In this document: one piece after another, positions 44,547 to 54,927 of the stretch | How the letters are laid out: the number at the start of each line of letters is the position of its first letter | Numbering within the stretch: the first letter of the stretch is position 1 | From: Dehalococcoidia bacterium | GTDB lineage: Bacteria; Chloroflexota; Dehalococcoidia; Lucifugimonadales; UBA3495 | DNA length: 64,000 nucleotides | Assembly: GCA_965232895.1 (NCBI GenBank) | Contig: OZ247430.1 | Span: forward strand, 3,456,122-3,520,121 | Direction: 5' to 3' | Program-made: the position numbers and the translations under genes | The notes under the pieces: model-generated | The model's database searches: none | What the model saw: only the letters and a program-made list of their open reading frames with translations | What the model was told of the DNA's origin: nothing

Positions 44547-47024
44547 TCAGGCCACAGGCAAGGCGGCCATCTCGCCTTTCCGCACCTTGATGCAGATCTT
44601 GCCGTCTTCGTCCATGTCGACGATCGCGGTGTCTCCCGGCTCGAATTGTCCTCCGAGGAGTTCGTCGGACAGCCGGTCCTCGACTTCGTTCTGGATCAGG
44701 CGGCGCAATGGTCGCGCTCCCAGGACTGGATCGAAGCCGTTTGCGCCCAGGTACTCCTTGGCCGGCTCGGTCAGCTCGACGCTGATCTCCCGTTCCTTGA
44801 GCTCGTCGCGGACCATGTTCATCATCAGGTCCACGATCTGGTGGATCTCTTCCCGACTCAGCGCGTGGAACACTATCGTGGCGTCCAACCGGTTCAGGAA
44901 CTCAGGGCGGAAGAAGCGCTTTACTTCATCCATCACCTTGTCTTTCATACGCTCGTACGCTTGGTGGTCCGTCTGAGCCTGGTCGGACTTGATGGCGAAC
45001 CCCAGCGAGGTGTCGCGTTTGATCAAGTCTGAGCCCAGGTTACTGGTCATGACGATGATCGAGTTGCGGAAGTCCACGCGGCGGCCCCGGGCGTCGGTCA
45101 GTTGACCGGCGTCGAAAATCTGCAGCAGGATGTTGAAGATTTCCGGATGCGCCTTTTCAATCTCGTCCAGCAGGATCGCGCAGTAGTTCTTCTTGCGAAC
45201 GCCCTCGGTTAGTTGGCCGCCCTCGTCGTAACCGACGTAACCCGGAGGGGCGCCGATCAGGCGGGCGGTGGTGTGCCGCTCCTGGAACTCCGACATGTCC
45301 AACCGGATCATGTTGTCTTCGTGACCGAACAGGAACTCGGCCATGGCGCGAACCAATTCGGTCTTGCCCACTCCGGTGGGGCCAAGGAAAAGGAACACAC
45401 CGATGGGATGGCGCGGGTCCTTGAGGCCGGCGCGAGCGCGGCGCACCGCCTTGGAGATGCCCACGATGGCTTCGTCCTGGCCGATGATCCGCTTGTGCAG
45501 TTCCTCTTCCATACGGAGCAACCGCTCGGTTTCTTCCTGCGCCAGCCGAGTCACCGGGATGCCGGTCCACATGCTGACCACCTCGGCGATGTCGTCCTCG
45601 GTGACCTGTGTGCGTTCCTTGCTCCGGTCGGCTTTCCACTCGCGCTCCATGTCGCCCACGTTCTCGGACAAATGGAGCTCACGGTCGCGCAACTCGGCGG
45701 CAACTTCGTACTGTTGCGAGGCGATGGCCTCGTCCTTTTCCTTGCGCACGCGCTCGAGGACTTCCATCGCGTCCTTGACTTCTTGCGGGGCGTGGCTGCC
45801 GCGCAGGCGAACCCGCGAACCGGCTTCGTCCAGCAGGTCGATAGCCTTGTCGGGAAGGAAGCGGTCGGGAATGTACCGGGTTGACAGCGTGGCCGCGGCC
45901 CGCACTGCGTCCTCGGTGATATCCACGTTGTGGTGTTCCTCGTACTGGCCTTTCACGCCGCGCAGGATGTCCACGGTCATTTCGGCGTCGGGTTCTTCCA
46001 CCCGGACAGGCTGCAGCCGCCGCTCGAGGGCCGGGTCGCGCTCCACGTACTTGCGGTAGTCGTCCAGTGTGGTCGCGCCAATGCACTGGATCTCGCCCCG
46101 GGCCAGTGACGGCTTCAGGATGTTGGAGGCATCCACGGCGCCTTCAGCGGCTCCGGCCCCGACCAGTGTATGGATTTCGTCGATGAACAGAACGCAGTTG
46201 CCGGAGGTCTTGATCTCTTCGATGACCTTCTTCAACCGCTCCTCGAACTCGCCCCGGTACTTGGTTCCCGCGACCAGGGCGCCCATGTCCAGAGTGACCA
46301 GTCGCTTGCCCTGCAGCGTGTCGGGCACGTCTCCTGAGGAGATCTGCTGGGCCATCGCTTCCACGATGGCGGTCTTGCCGACGCCGGGTTCACCGACCAG
46401 GACCGGGTTGTTCTTGGTTCGGCGACTCAGGATCTGGGTCACTCGTTCGATCTCAGTGTCACGGCCGATGACCGGGTCCAACTTGCCGCCGAGGGCTGCG
46501 TTGGTCAGATCGACGCCCAGCTGGTCGAGCGTGGGAGTGCGGGTGCTGGACCGGCTGCTGGTGGTCCCACTGCCGGTACCGGAGTTGCTGAGGATGCGAT
46601 GGGTCTCGGCGCGAACCTTTTCCAGGTTGACGCCCAAGCTTTCCAGGACGCCGGCGGCTACGCCTTCGCCCTCCCGCAGTAGGCCGATCAGCAAGTGCTC
46701 CGTGCCAATATAGGTGTGGTTCATCCTTCGGGCTTCATCAACCGCCAACTCGACGACCTTCTTGGCCCGGGGGGTGAGACCGATCTCGCCCTGAGCCGGC
46801 CGCTCGCCTCGCCCGATGATGAACTCAACGGCCGAGCGCACCTTGGTCAGGTCAACGCTCAACCCGGACAACACTCGAGCGGCGACGCCCTCGGTCTCCC
46901 GTACCAAGCCGAGCAGGATGTGCTCGGTCCCGATGTAGTTGTGGTTGAACCGCTGCGCTTCTTCCTGGGCCAGGGACAAAACCCGCCGTGCCCGCTCTGA
47001 GAACTTCTCGAATCTGCTGCCCAT
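44547..47024 (-). CDS. clpC: ATP-dependent Clp protease ATP-binding subunit ClpC
   Basis: Two Clp_N repeats and two AAA+ modules ([17 protein letters not shown]), UVR-like linker. ATG 47024 follows an AGGAG RBS. Confidence 0.96.
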   Translation of the reverse strand: MGSRFEKFSERARRVLSLAQEEAQRFNHNYIGTEHILLGLVRETEGVAARVLSGLSVDLTKVRSAVEFIIGRGERPAQGEIGLTPRAKKVVELAVDEARRMNHTYIGTEHLLIGLLREGEGVAAGVLESLGVNLEKVRAETHRILSNSGTGSGTTSSRSSTRTPTLDQLGVDLTNAALGGKLDPVIGRDTEIERVTQILSRRTKNNPVLVGEPGVGKTAIVEAMAQQISSGDVPDTLQGKRLVTLDMGALVAGTKYRGEFEERLKKVIEEIKTSGNCVLFIDEIHTLVGAGAAEGAVDASNILKPSLARGEIQCIGATTLDDYRKYVERDPALERRLQPVRVEEPDAEMTVDILRGVKGQYEEHHNVDITEDAVRAAATLSTRYIPDRFLPDKAIDLLDEAGSRVRLRGSHAPQEVKDAMEVLERVRKEKDEAIASQQYEVAAELRDRELHLSENVGDMEREWKADRSKERTQVTEDDIAEVVSMWTGIPVTRLAQEETERLLRMEEELHKRIIGQDEAIVGISKAVRRARAGLKDPRHPIGVFLFLGPTGVGKTELVRAMAEFLFGHEDNMIRLDMSEFQERHTTARLIGAPPGYVGYDEGGQLTEGVRKKNYCAILLDEIEKAHPEIFNILLQIFDAGQLTDARGRRVDFRNSIIVMTSNLGSDLIKRDTSLGFAIKSDQAQTDHQAYERMKDKVMDEVKRFFRPEFLNRLDATIVFHALSREEIHQIVDLMMNMVRDELKEREISVELTEPAKEYLGANGFDPVLGARPLRRLIQNEVEDRLSDELLGGQFEPGDTAIVDMDEDGKICIKVRKGEMAALPVA

Positions 47025-47494
47025 GAGACTCTCCTGGGTTGAGGTCGGGCCAACCGATGCATGCTGGCCGTGCCATTTTACCGCATTCAGGCAAAAATAA
47101 AAGCGGCTTTGCCACCGAATCGTAACGGTAAAGCCGCTTGGTTGAGGTATCAACCTATCGCGCTGTGTGGCCTACAATCGCCTGCGAAATCTTGGTGCGT
47201 CATCACGCCCGCCCCCGACCATCCTTAGGGTTTGGTACTTTCCGGCGGTGACCTATTTTCCCACTCCGTTACCAGAGCAGTATCGTCGGCGCTGGGGCGT
47301 TTCACTTCCGTGTTCGGGATGGGTACGGGTGGGGCCACCCCGCTTGAACCACCAGAAAGTAACTGTGTGAATTATTGCGCATTGTCGGCGATTTTGCAAG
47401 GGTGTCACCAGGGGGAATTTCCGTGGATGCTCGCCCACGGCCGATCCGGGGCCCTGTGCTATACTCAAAACGGTGGCTGGAAATCGCTTCACCG

Positions 47495-47570
47495 GGGCCG
47501 TTAGCTCAGCTGGCAGAGCACCGGACTTTTAATCCGGGTGTCGTGGGTTCGATCCCCACACGGCCCACCA
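47495..47570 (+). tRNA. tRNA-Lys (UUU)
   Basis: gggccgttagctcagctggcagagc..., anticodon loop cttttaa, GGTTCGATCC, CCA encoded. Confidence 0.93.
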
Positions 47571-48109
47571 GTGCTCGAATTTCACGCTCTTTCCCGCGAA
47601 GATCGCCGCGCGAATCAGGCGGCGGCAGGGAAGGAACGTGGTTAATCTCGTCCGGGAAACCCCCAATGCTGGAGAACATCTCGCTGAAGCGTGCGACCAT
47701 CCGGGCGGTTCCTCGTCTGTCCACGAGTTGATCACAGGCCTTGCCAACTGACGAGCCGAATGCCTGGCGGACACCCGCCGGCTCATCCGCGACCCAGAGG
47801 CCATCGAGGATTGGACATAGCGGTGAACGCCCCTCTGATCCCCGCGGGGTGTGCACGTCAACGCCAACGGGGTCAAGGTCAGGCTGATGCCCACCCTCTT
47901 CCCGGGGGTGCATCTCGAGGATTCAAGCGGTCTTTTTAACGCTGGCCGTGATGGCGGCAAGCGCCGGGCTATCGACATGGGCAGGGGTTACGTGATCGAC
48001 GAACGCACCCTGAAGGAGTTGCTCCAGGAAACGCCGGGTTACAATAGCAACCACCCCGCGCCGAAGAGCAAAGGTTCCCGGGCGGTGTAACTATTCTGGA
48101 GTGAGCGCC

Positions 48110-48589
48110 ATGGCCGACCGGGTTCCAGCGAAGCCCCGCAGAGCTTCTACCAAAACCACCGACAACGCCACCGGCGAGGTTAAACTCCTCTCCGGCGGCA
48201 ACCCTCAGATCGCCAAGGCCGACGGCGATGCCCCGGTACAGGCCTACATTGCGGCCATGCCGGAATGGAAGAGCGATGTCGGTCGCCGGCTTGATGATCT
48301 GATCGTGCGCACCCTGCCCGACGTGCGCAAGGCGGTGCGGTGGAACTCGCCCTTCTACGGGGTCGAGGGTCGGGGCTGGTTCCTCAGCTACCACGTTTTC
48401 ACCCGCTACGTGAAGGTCACTTTCCTCAATGGATCCTCGCTGGATCCGCTGCCACCCGTCGAATCCAAGGACATAGACACGCGCTACTATCATATCTACG
48501 AGGACGGCGCGATCGACGAAGAACTCGTCGAGCATTGGATCCGGCAGGCGGCCGCGATCCCGGGCTGGAAAGGGTTCGACACTCTGTGA
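48110..48589 (+). CDS. DUF1801 (YdhG-like) domain protein
   Basis: VQAYIAAMPEWKSDVGRRLDDLIVRTLPDVRKAVRWNSPFYG...YVKVTFLNG. Confidence 0.75.
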   Translation: MADRVPAKPRRASTKTTDNATGEVKLLSGGNPQIAKADGDAPVQAYIAAMPEWKSDVGRRLDDLIVRTLPDVRKAVRWNSPFYGVEGRGWFLSYHVFTRYVKVTFLNGSSLDPLPPVESKDIDTRYYHIYEDGAIDEELVEHWIRQAAAIPGWKGFDTL

Positions 48590-48640
48590 AGCATCGTGCG
48601 TCGACCGCCCTTTGTCGAGTAGCCCGCCGGTCACCTGGAC

Positions 48641-48802
48641 ATGGACAAGCTGGAATTTGAGGTGAGCATCGGCGCCGGCCCGTAAGAGGTGTGGCGTGTT
48701 CTGCATGAGGACGCGAAGTTCCGCGTTTGGGCGGCGGTCTTCTGCGAGGGATCACACCGCGAAGGTGATTGTAACGCTGGCGGCATGGTCCGTAGAGACT
48801 GA
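48641..48802 (+). pseudogene. Possible SRPBCC-domain gene remnant (internal TAA, truncated)
   Basis: MDKLEFEVSIGAGP*EVWRVLHEDAKFRVWAAVFCEGSHREGDCNAGGMV resembles an SRPBCC N-terminus but stops after about 50 codons. Confidence 0.3.
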
Positions 48803-48844
48803 AAGGCCTGTAACGGCTAGAGTTTGCATCAAGGAGAAACCGCA

Positions 48845-49264
48845 GTGCGCGTGATGGTGTTGGTGAAAGCCACCGAAGACAGTGAGGCCGGGGTCATGCC
48901 ATCGACAGAACTCATCGAGGCCATGCTGGCATTTAACGAGGAACTCGTGAATGCCGGCGTGATGCAGGCTGGCGACGGTCTGAAGCCTTCTGCACAGGGC
49001 AAGCGCGTCGCCTTCGACGGAACCGAGCGCACCGTGATCGACGGCCCCTTCCCCGCCGTCAGCGAACTGGTAGCCGGCTTCTGGATCTGGGAAGTCGCGA
49101 GCCTGGACGAAGCCGTGGAATGGGTCAGGCGATGCCCAAACCCAATGCCCGGCCCCAGCGAGATAGAGATCCGCCCCCTGTACGAGATGGAGGATTTTGC
49201 CGAGGCGATGACTCCCGAACTGGTCGAACAGGAAGAGCGGTTGCGCGAGAGCGCCGGTTCCTGA
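48845..49264 (+). CDS. YciI-family protein
   Basis: VMVLVKATEDSEAG...GPFPAVSELVAGFWIWEVASLDEAVEWVRRCP; AAGGAG RBS before GTG 48845. Confidence 0.8.
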   Translation: MRVMVLVKATEDSEAGVMPSTELIEAMLAFNEELVNAGVMQAGDGLKPSAQGKRVAFDGTERTVIDGPFPAVSELVAGFWIWEVASLDEAVEWVRRCPNPMPGPSEIEIRPLYEMEDFAEAMTPELVEQEERLRESAGS

Positions 49265-49327
49265 AGATGGGAACCGGTAGCCTGAGACGCACGTAATCCC
49301 ATTTGGTCGCACGTTGGCTTTGACGCA

Positions 49328-49771
49328 ATGACGAATATCAGATTGGCAAACGCCCAAGACCAAGATGCCGCCATAGACCTGGTACGCCGGCTCCTGACCG
49401 AACTCGGCGGTACCCCGGCTCCCGCGGAAGCCATGGCTGCGGTGTTTGGCCAGTTCGCCGATGATGGGCCAGCGGGGTTCGTCGCCTTGGCCGAGGACGA
49501 CGGTCGCTTCGTCGCCGTCTGCACCGTGTCCTTCGTGGAGGCGCTGCGCAGCGTCGGCCGCTACGCGATCATTCAGGAGATGTACGTCGACCCCAGCGTG
49601 CGGAGTTCCGGCGTCGGCATGGAGGTTCTCCAATTTACCCTTGACCATGCCGTGGCGCGCGGCTGCGCTATGGTCGAACTGGGAACGCCGTACCACGGTG
49701 AAAGGCAGATCCAGTTCTACCAGCGAGCCGGCTTCACCGAGGTCGGCGCGCGCCTGCGCTGGCGGCCGTAA
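49328..49771 (+). CDS. GNAT-family N-acetyltransferase
   Basis: IQEMYVDPSVRSSGVGMEVLQFTLDHAVARGCAMVEL...FYQRAGF. Confidence 0.85.
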   Translation: MTNIRLANAQDQDAAIDLVRRLLTELGGTPAPAEAMAAVFGQFADDGPAGFVALAEDDGRFVAVCTVSFVEALRSVGRYAIIQEMYVDPSVRSSGVGMEVLQFTLDHAVARGCAMVELGTPYHGERQIQFYQRAGFTEVGARLRWRP

Positions 49772-49779
49772 CCCGACCC

Positions 49780-50298
49780 ATGCCAGCCAGCCCCATCCTC
49801 GTCCGCCATTGCGAGGCGGGGGGCCAGGAACCCGACGCGCCGCTCACTGTTGCCGGCCAGCGACAAGCCCGGGAATTGGCGGCCTTCCTGCCCACCCTTC
49901 CCGTCGATGCAATCGTCGCCAGCGCCTACCTGCGGGCCCGGCAATCCGCCGAACCCGCGGCGGGCCTCCTGCATCTTCGGATTGAAGTTGATCCCCGTCT
50001 CGACGAACGCATCCTGTCGCCGGCTCCAATCGACACCTGGCGACAAGTGCTGCGCGATTCCTTCGCCGATCCTGACCTGAGTGCGCCCGGCGGCGAATCC
50101 GCTAATGACGTGCTACTGCGTGCGTGGTCCGTCTTGAATGATCTGCTGGCAGGCTCCCCGGAACTCCCGGTAGTCGTCACCCACGGCAACCTGCTGGCCC
50201 TGGTTCTCCATTCGATTGATTCCGGTTTCGGCTATGCGGGATGGGAAACCTGTCCAACCCCGATGCGTATCAGGTCGACGTTGGCGACGACGGGGTGA
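49780..50298 (+). CDS. Histidine phosphatase (phosphoglycerate mutase-like) family protein
   Basis: ILVRHCEAG...PLTVAGQRQA...ASAYLRARQSAEP...VVVTHGNLL. Confidence 0.72.
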   Translation: MPASPILVRHCEAGGQEPDAPLTVAGQRQARELAAFLPTLPVDAIVASAYLRARQSAEPAAGLLHLRIEVDPRLDERILSPAPIDTWRQVLRDSFADPDLSAPGGESANDVLLRAWSVLNDLLAGSPELPVVVTHGNLLALVLHSIDSGFGYAGWETCPTPMRIRSTLATTG

Positions 50299-50424
50299 CG
50301 AGCTTCCAACGCCTTTGGAACCCGTCGATCCTGCGCTGATCGTTCGGTTGCGCCCGTTTGCCGGCGCATATAAAGTGGGCCGGAAGTAAGCCAGGCATCG
50401 AAAATCCCAAAGAGGAGGCACACC

Positions 50425-51180
50425 ATGGCCAGGTTGGAAGGTAAGGTCGCCCTTATCAGCGGCGGCGCTCGCGGTCAGGGCGCCATCGAAGCGCGCATGT
50501 TCGCCGAAGAAGGCGCCAGCGTTGTCATCGGCGATATCCTGGATGATCAGGGTCGCCAGACCGAGGCCGAGTTGCAGGAACTCGGCTACAACGTCACCTA
50601 CGTGCATCTCGACGTCACCAGCGAGTCTGACTGGGAGGCGGCGGTGCAGTCGGCCGTGGACACCTATGGCAAGCTGGATGTGCTCCTGAACAACGCGGGC
50701 ATCCTGATCCGCAAGAACATCGAGGAAACCACCGAAGACGACTGGGACCGCATCTTCGCCGTCAACGCCAAGGGCGTCTTCCTGGGCACCAAGGCGGCCA
50801 TCCCGGCCATGCGCGAAGCCGGCGGCGGTTCGATCATCAACATCTCCTCCACCGCCGGCCTGGTCGGCAGCCCCAATGGTTCAGCCAGCTACACCGCCAC
50901 CAAGGGCGCGGTGCGGCTGTTCACCAAGTCCACCGCCATCCAGCACGCCCGCGAGGGCATCCGCTGCAACTCCATCCACCCCGGCCCCATTGAAACCGAC
51001 ATGATCGCCGACACGCTGAACGACCCCGCCAACATGGCCCTGCGCATGCAACGCCTGCCCCTGGGCCGCGTCGGCAAGCCCAGCGAGATCGCCTACGGCG
51101 CGATCTACCTGGCCTCGGACGAATCGTCCTTCGTCACCGGCTCCGAGGTCGTGATCGACGGCGGGACGACCGCCGCTTAG
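50425..51180 (+). CDS. SDR-family oxidoreductase
   Basis: GKVALISGGARGQG...NNAGI...SSTAG...YTATKGAV. Confidence 0.92.
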   Translation: MARLEGKVALISGGARGQGAIEARMFAEEGASVVIGDILDDQGRQTEAELQELGYNVTYVHLDVTSESDWEAAVQSAVDTYGKLDVLLNNAGILIRKNIEETTEDDWDRIFAVNAKGVFLGTKAAIPAMREAGGGSIINISSTAGLVGSPNGSASYTATKGAVRLFTKSTAIQHAREGIRCNSIHPGPIETDMIADTLNDPANMALRMQRLPLGRVGKPSEIAYGAIYLASDESSFVTGSEVVIDGGTTAA

Positions 51181-51191
51181 GAGGTATCCGC

Positions 51192-52001
51192 ATGGCAACA
51201 GTCATCGACACCCATTGCCACGCCTCGCCCTACTGGTTCGAGCCGGTGGAAATCCTGCTCGACGAGATGGAGCGCGCCGGCGTTGACCAGGCGGTCCTGA
51301 CCCAGTTCTTCGGCGTGTTCGACAACAGCTATCTGATCGAGGCGGTCAAGCGGTTCCCCGGTCGGTTCGCCGTCATCGCCATCGTCGATCACACTCAGCC
51401 CGACGCTGTGGATCGAGTGGCCGAGCTCAAGGATCAGGGAGTGGACGGCCTGCGGTTCCAGTGCTCGTGGCGTTCTCCGGGTGACGACCCATTGGCGTTG
51501 TGGCGCAAGTGCGCCGAGCTGGACGTGGTTGCCAGCGTCATGGGTCCGGCGGAACACTACGCCGCGCCGGAGTTCGAGGAGATCATCCGCGAACTGCCCA
51601 ACCTGAACGTCGTGATCGAGCACCTGGCCGGCGTCGGCGCGTTCTGGGGCCCCGGCCGCGCGGACACGGAAATCCCCATGGACGCCTACCGCCGGTCACT
51701 GGAGTTGTCAAAGTATCCCAACGTGTACCTGAAGATACCGGGCCTGGGTGAGTTCTGCCCGCGTCCCCAACCCTTCCGCCAGCCGATACCTTTCGACAAC
51801 ATCCCGCCGCTGATTGAGATGGCGGTGGAGGCCTTCGGCGGCGACCGCCTCATGTGGGGCAGCGATTTCCCGCCCTCGGCCAACCGGGAGGGCTACCGCA
51901 ACGCCCTGCGCTTCCCCATGGAACTGATCGACTACCCCAGCACGGAGGCGCGGGACATGGTCTTCGGGGGCACCGCGGCGAACCTCTGGGAGTTTCGTTA
52001 G
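51192..52001 (+). CDS. Amidohydrolase-2 family (metal-dependent hydrolase) protein
   Basis: VIDTHCHASPYW...VVIEHLAG...MWGSDFPP. Confidence 0.8.
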   Translation: MATVIDTHCHASPYWFEPVEILLDEMERAGVDQAVLTQFFGVFDNSYLIEAVKRFPGRFAVIAIVDHTQPDAVDRVAELKDQGVDGLRFQCSWRSPGDDPLALWRKCAELDVVASVMGPAEHYAAPEFEEIIRELPNLNVVIEHLAGVGAFWGPGRADTEIPMDAYRRSLELSKYPNVYLKIPGLGEFCPRPQPFRQPIPFDNIPPLIEMAVEAFGGDRLMWGSDFPPSANREGYRNALRFPMELIDYPSTEARDMVFGGTAANLWEFR

Positions 52002-52029
52002 GCGGGCATTACCCTGTTGGCACAATCAC

Positions 52030-53468
52030 GTAGGGGCGAATGATCATTCGCCCCATAGGCATCAAGTTAAGGGAAGCTGCCGGTAAGATGGTGATTGCAT
52101 TCCAATCAATCGCCACCGGAGCTTCCCATGAGCAGTGTGCCAGAAGTTGCCCAGGCCATGAGCCGGGTTCTCACCGGAGTGGCCCAGCAGGCCGCCGCCG
52201 AGACGGGGCTGGTGCAACGGCGTTCCAAACTCACCGGTCCCGGCTTGGTGCAGACCCTGGTTTTCGGTTGGCTGGCCGACCCGGACGCCAGCCTCAGTTC
52301 GCTGACCCAGATGGCGGCCACGCTGGGGGTGACCATCAGTCCCCAGGGCCTGTTCCAGCGGTTCACGCCCCAAGGGGCGGAATGTCTGTACCGAGTTTTG
52401 CAAGAGGCTTTGGGTCAAGTTATTGACGCCGAACCGGTGGCGATTCCGCTACTGCGGCGCTTCACCGCCGTGTTGATCCAGGACAGCTCGGTCATCATGC
52501 TGCCCGACGGACTGAGCGAGGTCTGGGCCGGTTGCGGCGGCAGCGGTTCCTATGGACAGTCAGCCCTGAAACTACAGGTCCGGCTGGATTTGACCACTGG
52601 ACTGATGCTGGGGCCTTTTCTGACTGATGGGCGAACCCCGGACAGCAATTCTGCGGTGCAGACGGCGCCGGTCCCAGCTGGCGCGCTGCGCATTGCCGAC
52701 TTGGGGTATTACCGACTGGATACCTTCCGGGAATTGGCGGCGCAAGGGGGCTATTTCCTGTCTCGGTACAAAGCCGGAACCAAACTCTACCGGCATGATG
52801 GCGCGGAACTGGACCTGCGGAAGCTGCTGTCCACTCCGTCGGCAACCGGCATTGACCGGCCGGTATTGCTGGGGCGCGCCCACCGCTTGCCTGTCCGCCT
52901 GCTGGCCGTCAAAGCGCCCCCAGAAGTGAGCGCCCAGCGGCGGCGGCAACTCAAAGACCACGCCCGCAAGAAAGGTCAGCAGCCCAGCAAAACCCGGTTG
53001 GCCTTATGCGACTGGACCATCTACGTTACCAACGCGCTCCCATCCCAGATCAGCCGAGATGAGGCAATGGTATTGGCGCGGGCGCGCTGGCAGATTGAAC
53101 TGCTTTTCAAACTGTGGAAGCAACACGGAGGCATTGACCGCTGGCGCTCCGCCAATCCCTGGCGGATCCTCTGTGAGGTCTATGCCAAACTGACCGCCAT
53201 GGTCATCCTGCACTGGACTTTGCTGACTGCGGTCTGGATGTACCCGGACCGAAGCCTGGTCAAGGCCGCCGCCGCCGTCCGTCGCTACGCCGTAATGCTG
53301 GCTACTGCCATGACCGGACTACTTACGGCAACCATGGTCATCGAGCAGATTGGCTTATGCCTGCGCGCCGGGTGTAAAATCCAGCGGCGTCGTCAACGCC
53401 CCGGGTCATATCAACTACTACTCGCCCTAACCGACGACGCTTAACTTGATGCCTATGGGGGCGAATGA
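52030..53468 (+). mobile_element. IS4-family insertion sequence, copy B (intact)
   Basis: Same IRs as copy A. The right boundary is set at the centre of the palindrome shared with copy C. Confidence 0.9.
52128..53444 (+). CDS. IS4-family DDE transposase
   Basis: VLIQDSS..., RIADLGYY..., ARARWQIELLFKLWKQ (R-x3-E-x6-K). ATG 52128 follows GGAG. The ORF track starts at TTG 52095. Confidence 0.9.
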   Translation: MSSVPEVAQAMSRVLTGVAQQAAAETGLVQRRSKLTGPGLVQTLVFGWLADPDASLSSLTQMAATLGVTISPQGLFQRFTPQGAECLYRVLQEALGQVIDAEPVAIPLLRRFTAVLIQDSSVIMLPDGLSEVWAGCGGSGSYGQSALKLQVRLDLTTGLMLGPFLTDGRTPDSNSAVQTAPVPAGALRIADLGYYRLDTFRELAAQGGYFLSRYKAGTKLYRHDGAELDLRKLLSTPSATGIDRPVLLGRAHRLPVRLLAVKAPPEVSAQRRRQLKDHARKKGQQPSKTRLALCDWTIYVTNALPSQISRDEAMVLARARWQIELLFKLWKQHGGIDRWRSANPWRILCEVYAKLTAMVILHWTLLTAVWMYPDRSLVKAAAAVRRYAVMLATAMTGLLTATMVIEQIGLCLRAGCKIQRRRQRPGSYQLLLALTDDA

Positions 53469-54907
53469 TCATTCGCCCCCATAGGCATCAAGTTAAGGGA
53501 AGCTGCCGGTAAGATGGTGATTGCATTCCAATCAATCGCCACCGGAGCTTCCCATGAGCAGTGTGCCAGAAGTTGCCCAGGCCATGAGCCGGGTTCTCAC
53601 CGGAGTGGCCCAGCAGGCCGCCGCCGAGACGGGGCTGGTGCAACGGCGTTCCAAACTCACCGGTCCCGGCTTGGTGCAGACCCTGGTTTTCGGTTGGCTG
53701 GCCGACCCGGACGCCAGCCTCAGTTCGCTGACCCAGATGGCGGCCACGCTGGGGGTGACCATCAGTCCCCAGGGCCTGTTCCAGCGGTTCACGCCCCAAG
53801 GGGCGGAATGTCTGTACCGAGTTTTGCAAGAGGCTTTGGGTCAAGTTATTGACGCCGAACCGGTGGCGATTCCGCTACTGCGGCGCTTCACCGCCGTGTT
53901 GATCCAGGACAGCTCGGTCATCATGCTGCCCGACGGACTGAGCGAGGTCTGGGCCGGTTGCGGCGGCAGCGGTTCCTATGGACAGTCAGCCCTGAAACTA
54001 CAGGTCCGGCTGGATTTGACCACTGGACTGATGCTGGGGCCTTTTCTGACTGATGGGCGAACCCCGGACAGCAATTCTGCGGTGCAGACGGCGCCGGTCC
54101 CAGCTGGCGCGCTGCGCATTGCCGACTTGGGGTATTACCGACTGGATACCTTCCGGGAATTGGCGGCGCAAGGGGGCTATTTCCTGTCTCGGTACAAAGC
54201 CGGAACCAAACTCTACCGGCATGATGGCGCGGAACTGGACCTGCGGAAGCTGCTGTCCACTCCGTCGGCAACCGGCATTGACCGGCCGGTATTGCTGGGG
54301 CGCGCCCACCGCTTGCCTGTCCGCCTGCTGGCCGTCAAAGCGCCCCCAGAAGTGAGCGCCCAGCGGCGGCGGCAACTCAAAGACCACGCCCGCAAGAAAG
54401 GTCAGCAGCCCAGCAAAACCCGGTTGGCCTTATGCGACTGGACCATCTACGTTACCAACGCGCTCCCATCCCAGATCAGCCGAGATGAGGCAATGGTATT
54501 GGCGCGGGCGCGCTGGCAGATTGAACTGCTTTTCAAACTGTGGAAGCAACACGGAGGCATTGACCGCTGGCGCTCCGCCAATCCCTGGCGGATCCTCTGT
54601 GAGGTCTATGCCAAACTGACCGCCATGGTCATCCTGCACTGGACTTTGCTGACTGCGGTCTGGATGTACCCGGACCGAAGCCTGGTCAAGGCCGCCGCCG
54701 CCGTCCGTCGCTACGCCGTAATGCTGGCTACTGCCATGACCGGACTACTTACGGCAACCATGGTCATCGAGCAGATTGGCTTATGCCTGCGCGCCGGGTG
54801 TAAAATCCAGCGGCGTCGTCAACGCCCCGGGTCATATCAACTACTACTCGCCCTAACCGACGACGCTTAACTTGATGCCTATGGGGCGAATGATCATTCG
54901 CCCCTAC
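53469..54907 (+). mobile_element. IS4-family insertion sequence, copy C (intact, head-to-tail with B)
   Basis: The predicted protein is identical to that of copy B. Ends ...cttaacttgatgcctatggggcgaatgatcattcgcccctac. Confidence 0.9.
53554..54870 (+). CDS. IS4-family DDE transposase
   Basis: Identical translation to 52128..53444. Confidence 0.9.
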   Translation: MSSVPEVAQAMSRVLTGVAQQAAAETGLVQRRSKLTGPGLVQTLVFGWLADPDASLSSLTQMAATLGVTISPQGLFQRFTPQGAECLYRVLQEALGQVIDAEPVAIPLLRRFTAVLIQDSSVIMLPDGLSEVWAGCGGSGSYGQSALKLQVRLDLTTGLMLGPFLTDGRTPDSNSAVQTAPVPAGALRIADLGYYRLDTFRELAAQGGYFLSRYKAGTKLYRHDGAELDLRKLLSTPSATGIDRPVLLGRAHRLPVRLLAVKAPPEVSAQRRRQLKDHARKKGQQPSKTRLALCDWTIYVTNALPSQISRDEAMVLARARWQIELLFKLWKQHGGIDRWRSANPWRILCEVYAKLTAMVILHWTLLTAVWMYPDRSLVKAAAAVRRYAVMLATAMTGLLTATMVIEQIGLCLRAGCKIQRRRQRPGSYQLLLALTDDA

Positions 54908-54927
54908 CCATCATTGGAGGCTTCACA

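Noticed and set aside
47025-47153. 43-codon N-terminal extension of clpC
   Set aside because: ClpC homologs begin at M[11 protein letters not shown]. ATG 47024 has a good RBS, and the extension is not ClpC-like.
47571-48100. Integrase or transposase remnant next to tRNA-Lys
   Set aside because: The minus-strand translation has a faint ...IGGFPDE... resemblance to IS256-type C-termini. There is no convincing motif run and no intact ORF, so it is too weak to call.
52030-54907. Tandem 1.44-kb repeat as a CRISPR-like or satellite array
   Set aside because: The repeat unit is a complete IS with a transposase gene. No short repeat-spacer structure exists anywhere in the window.
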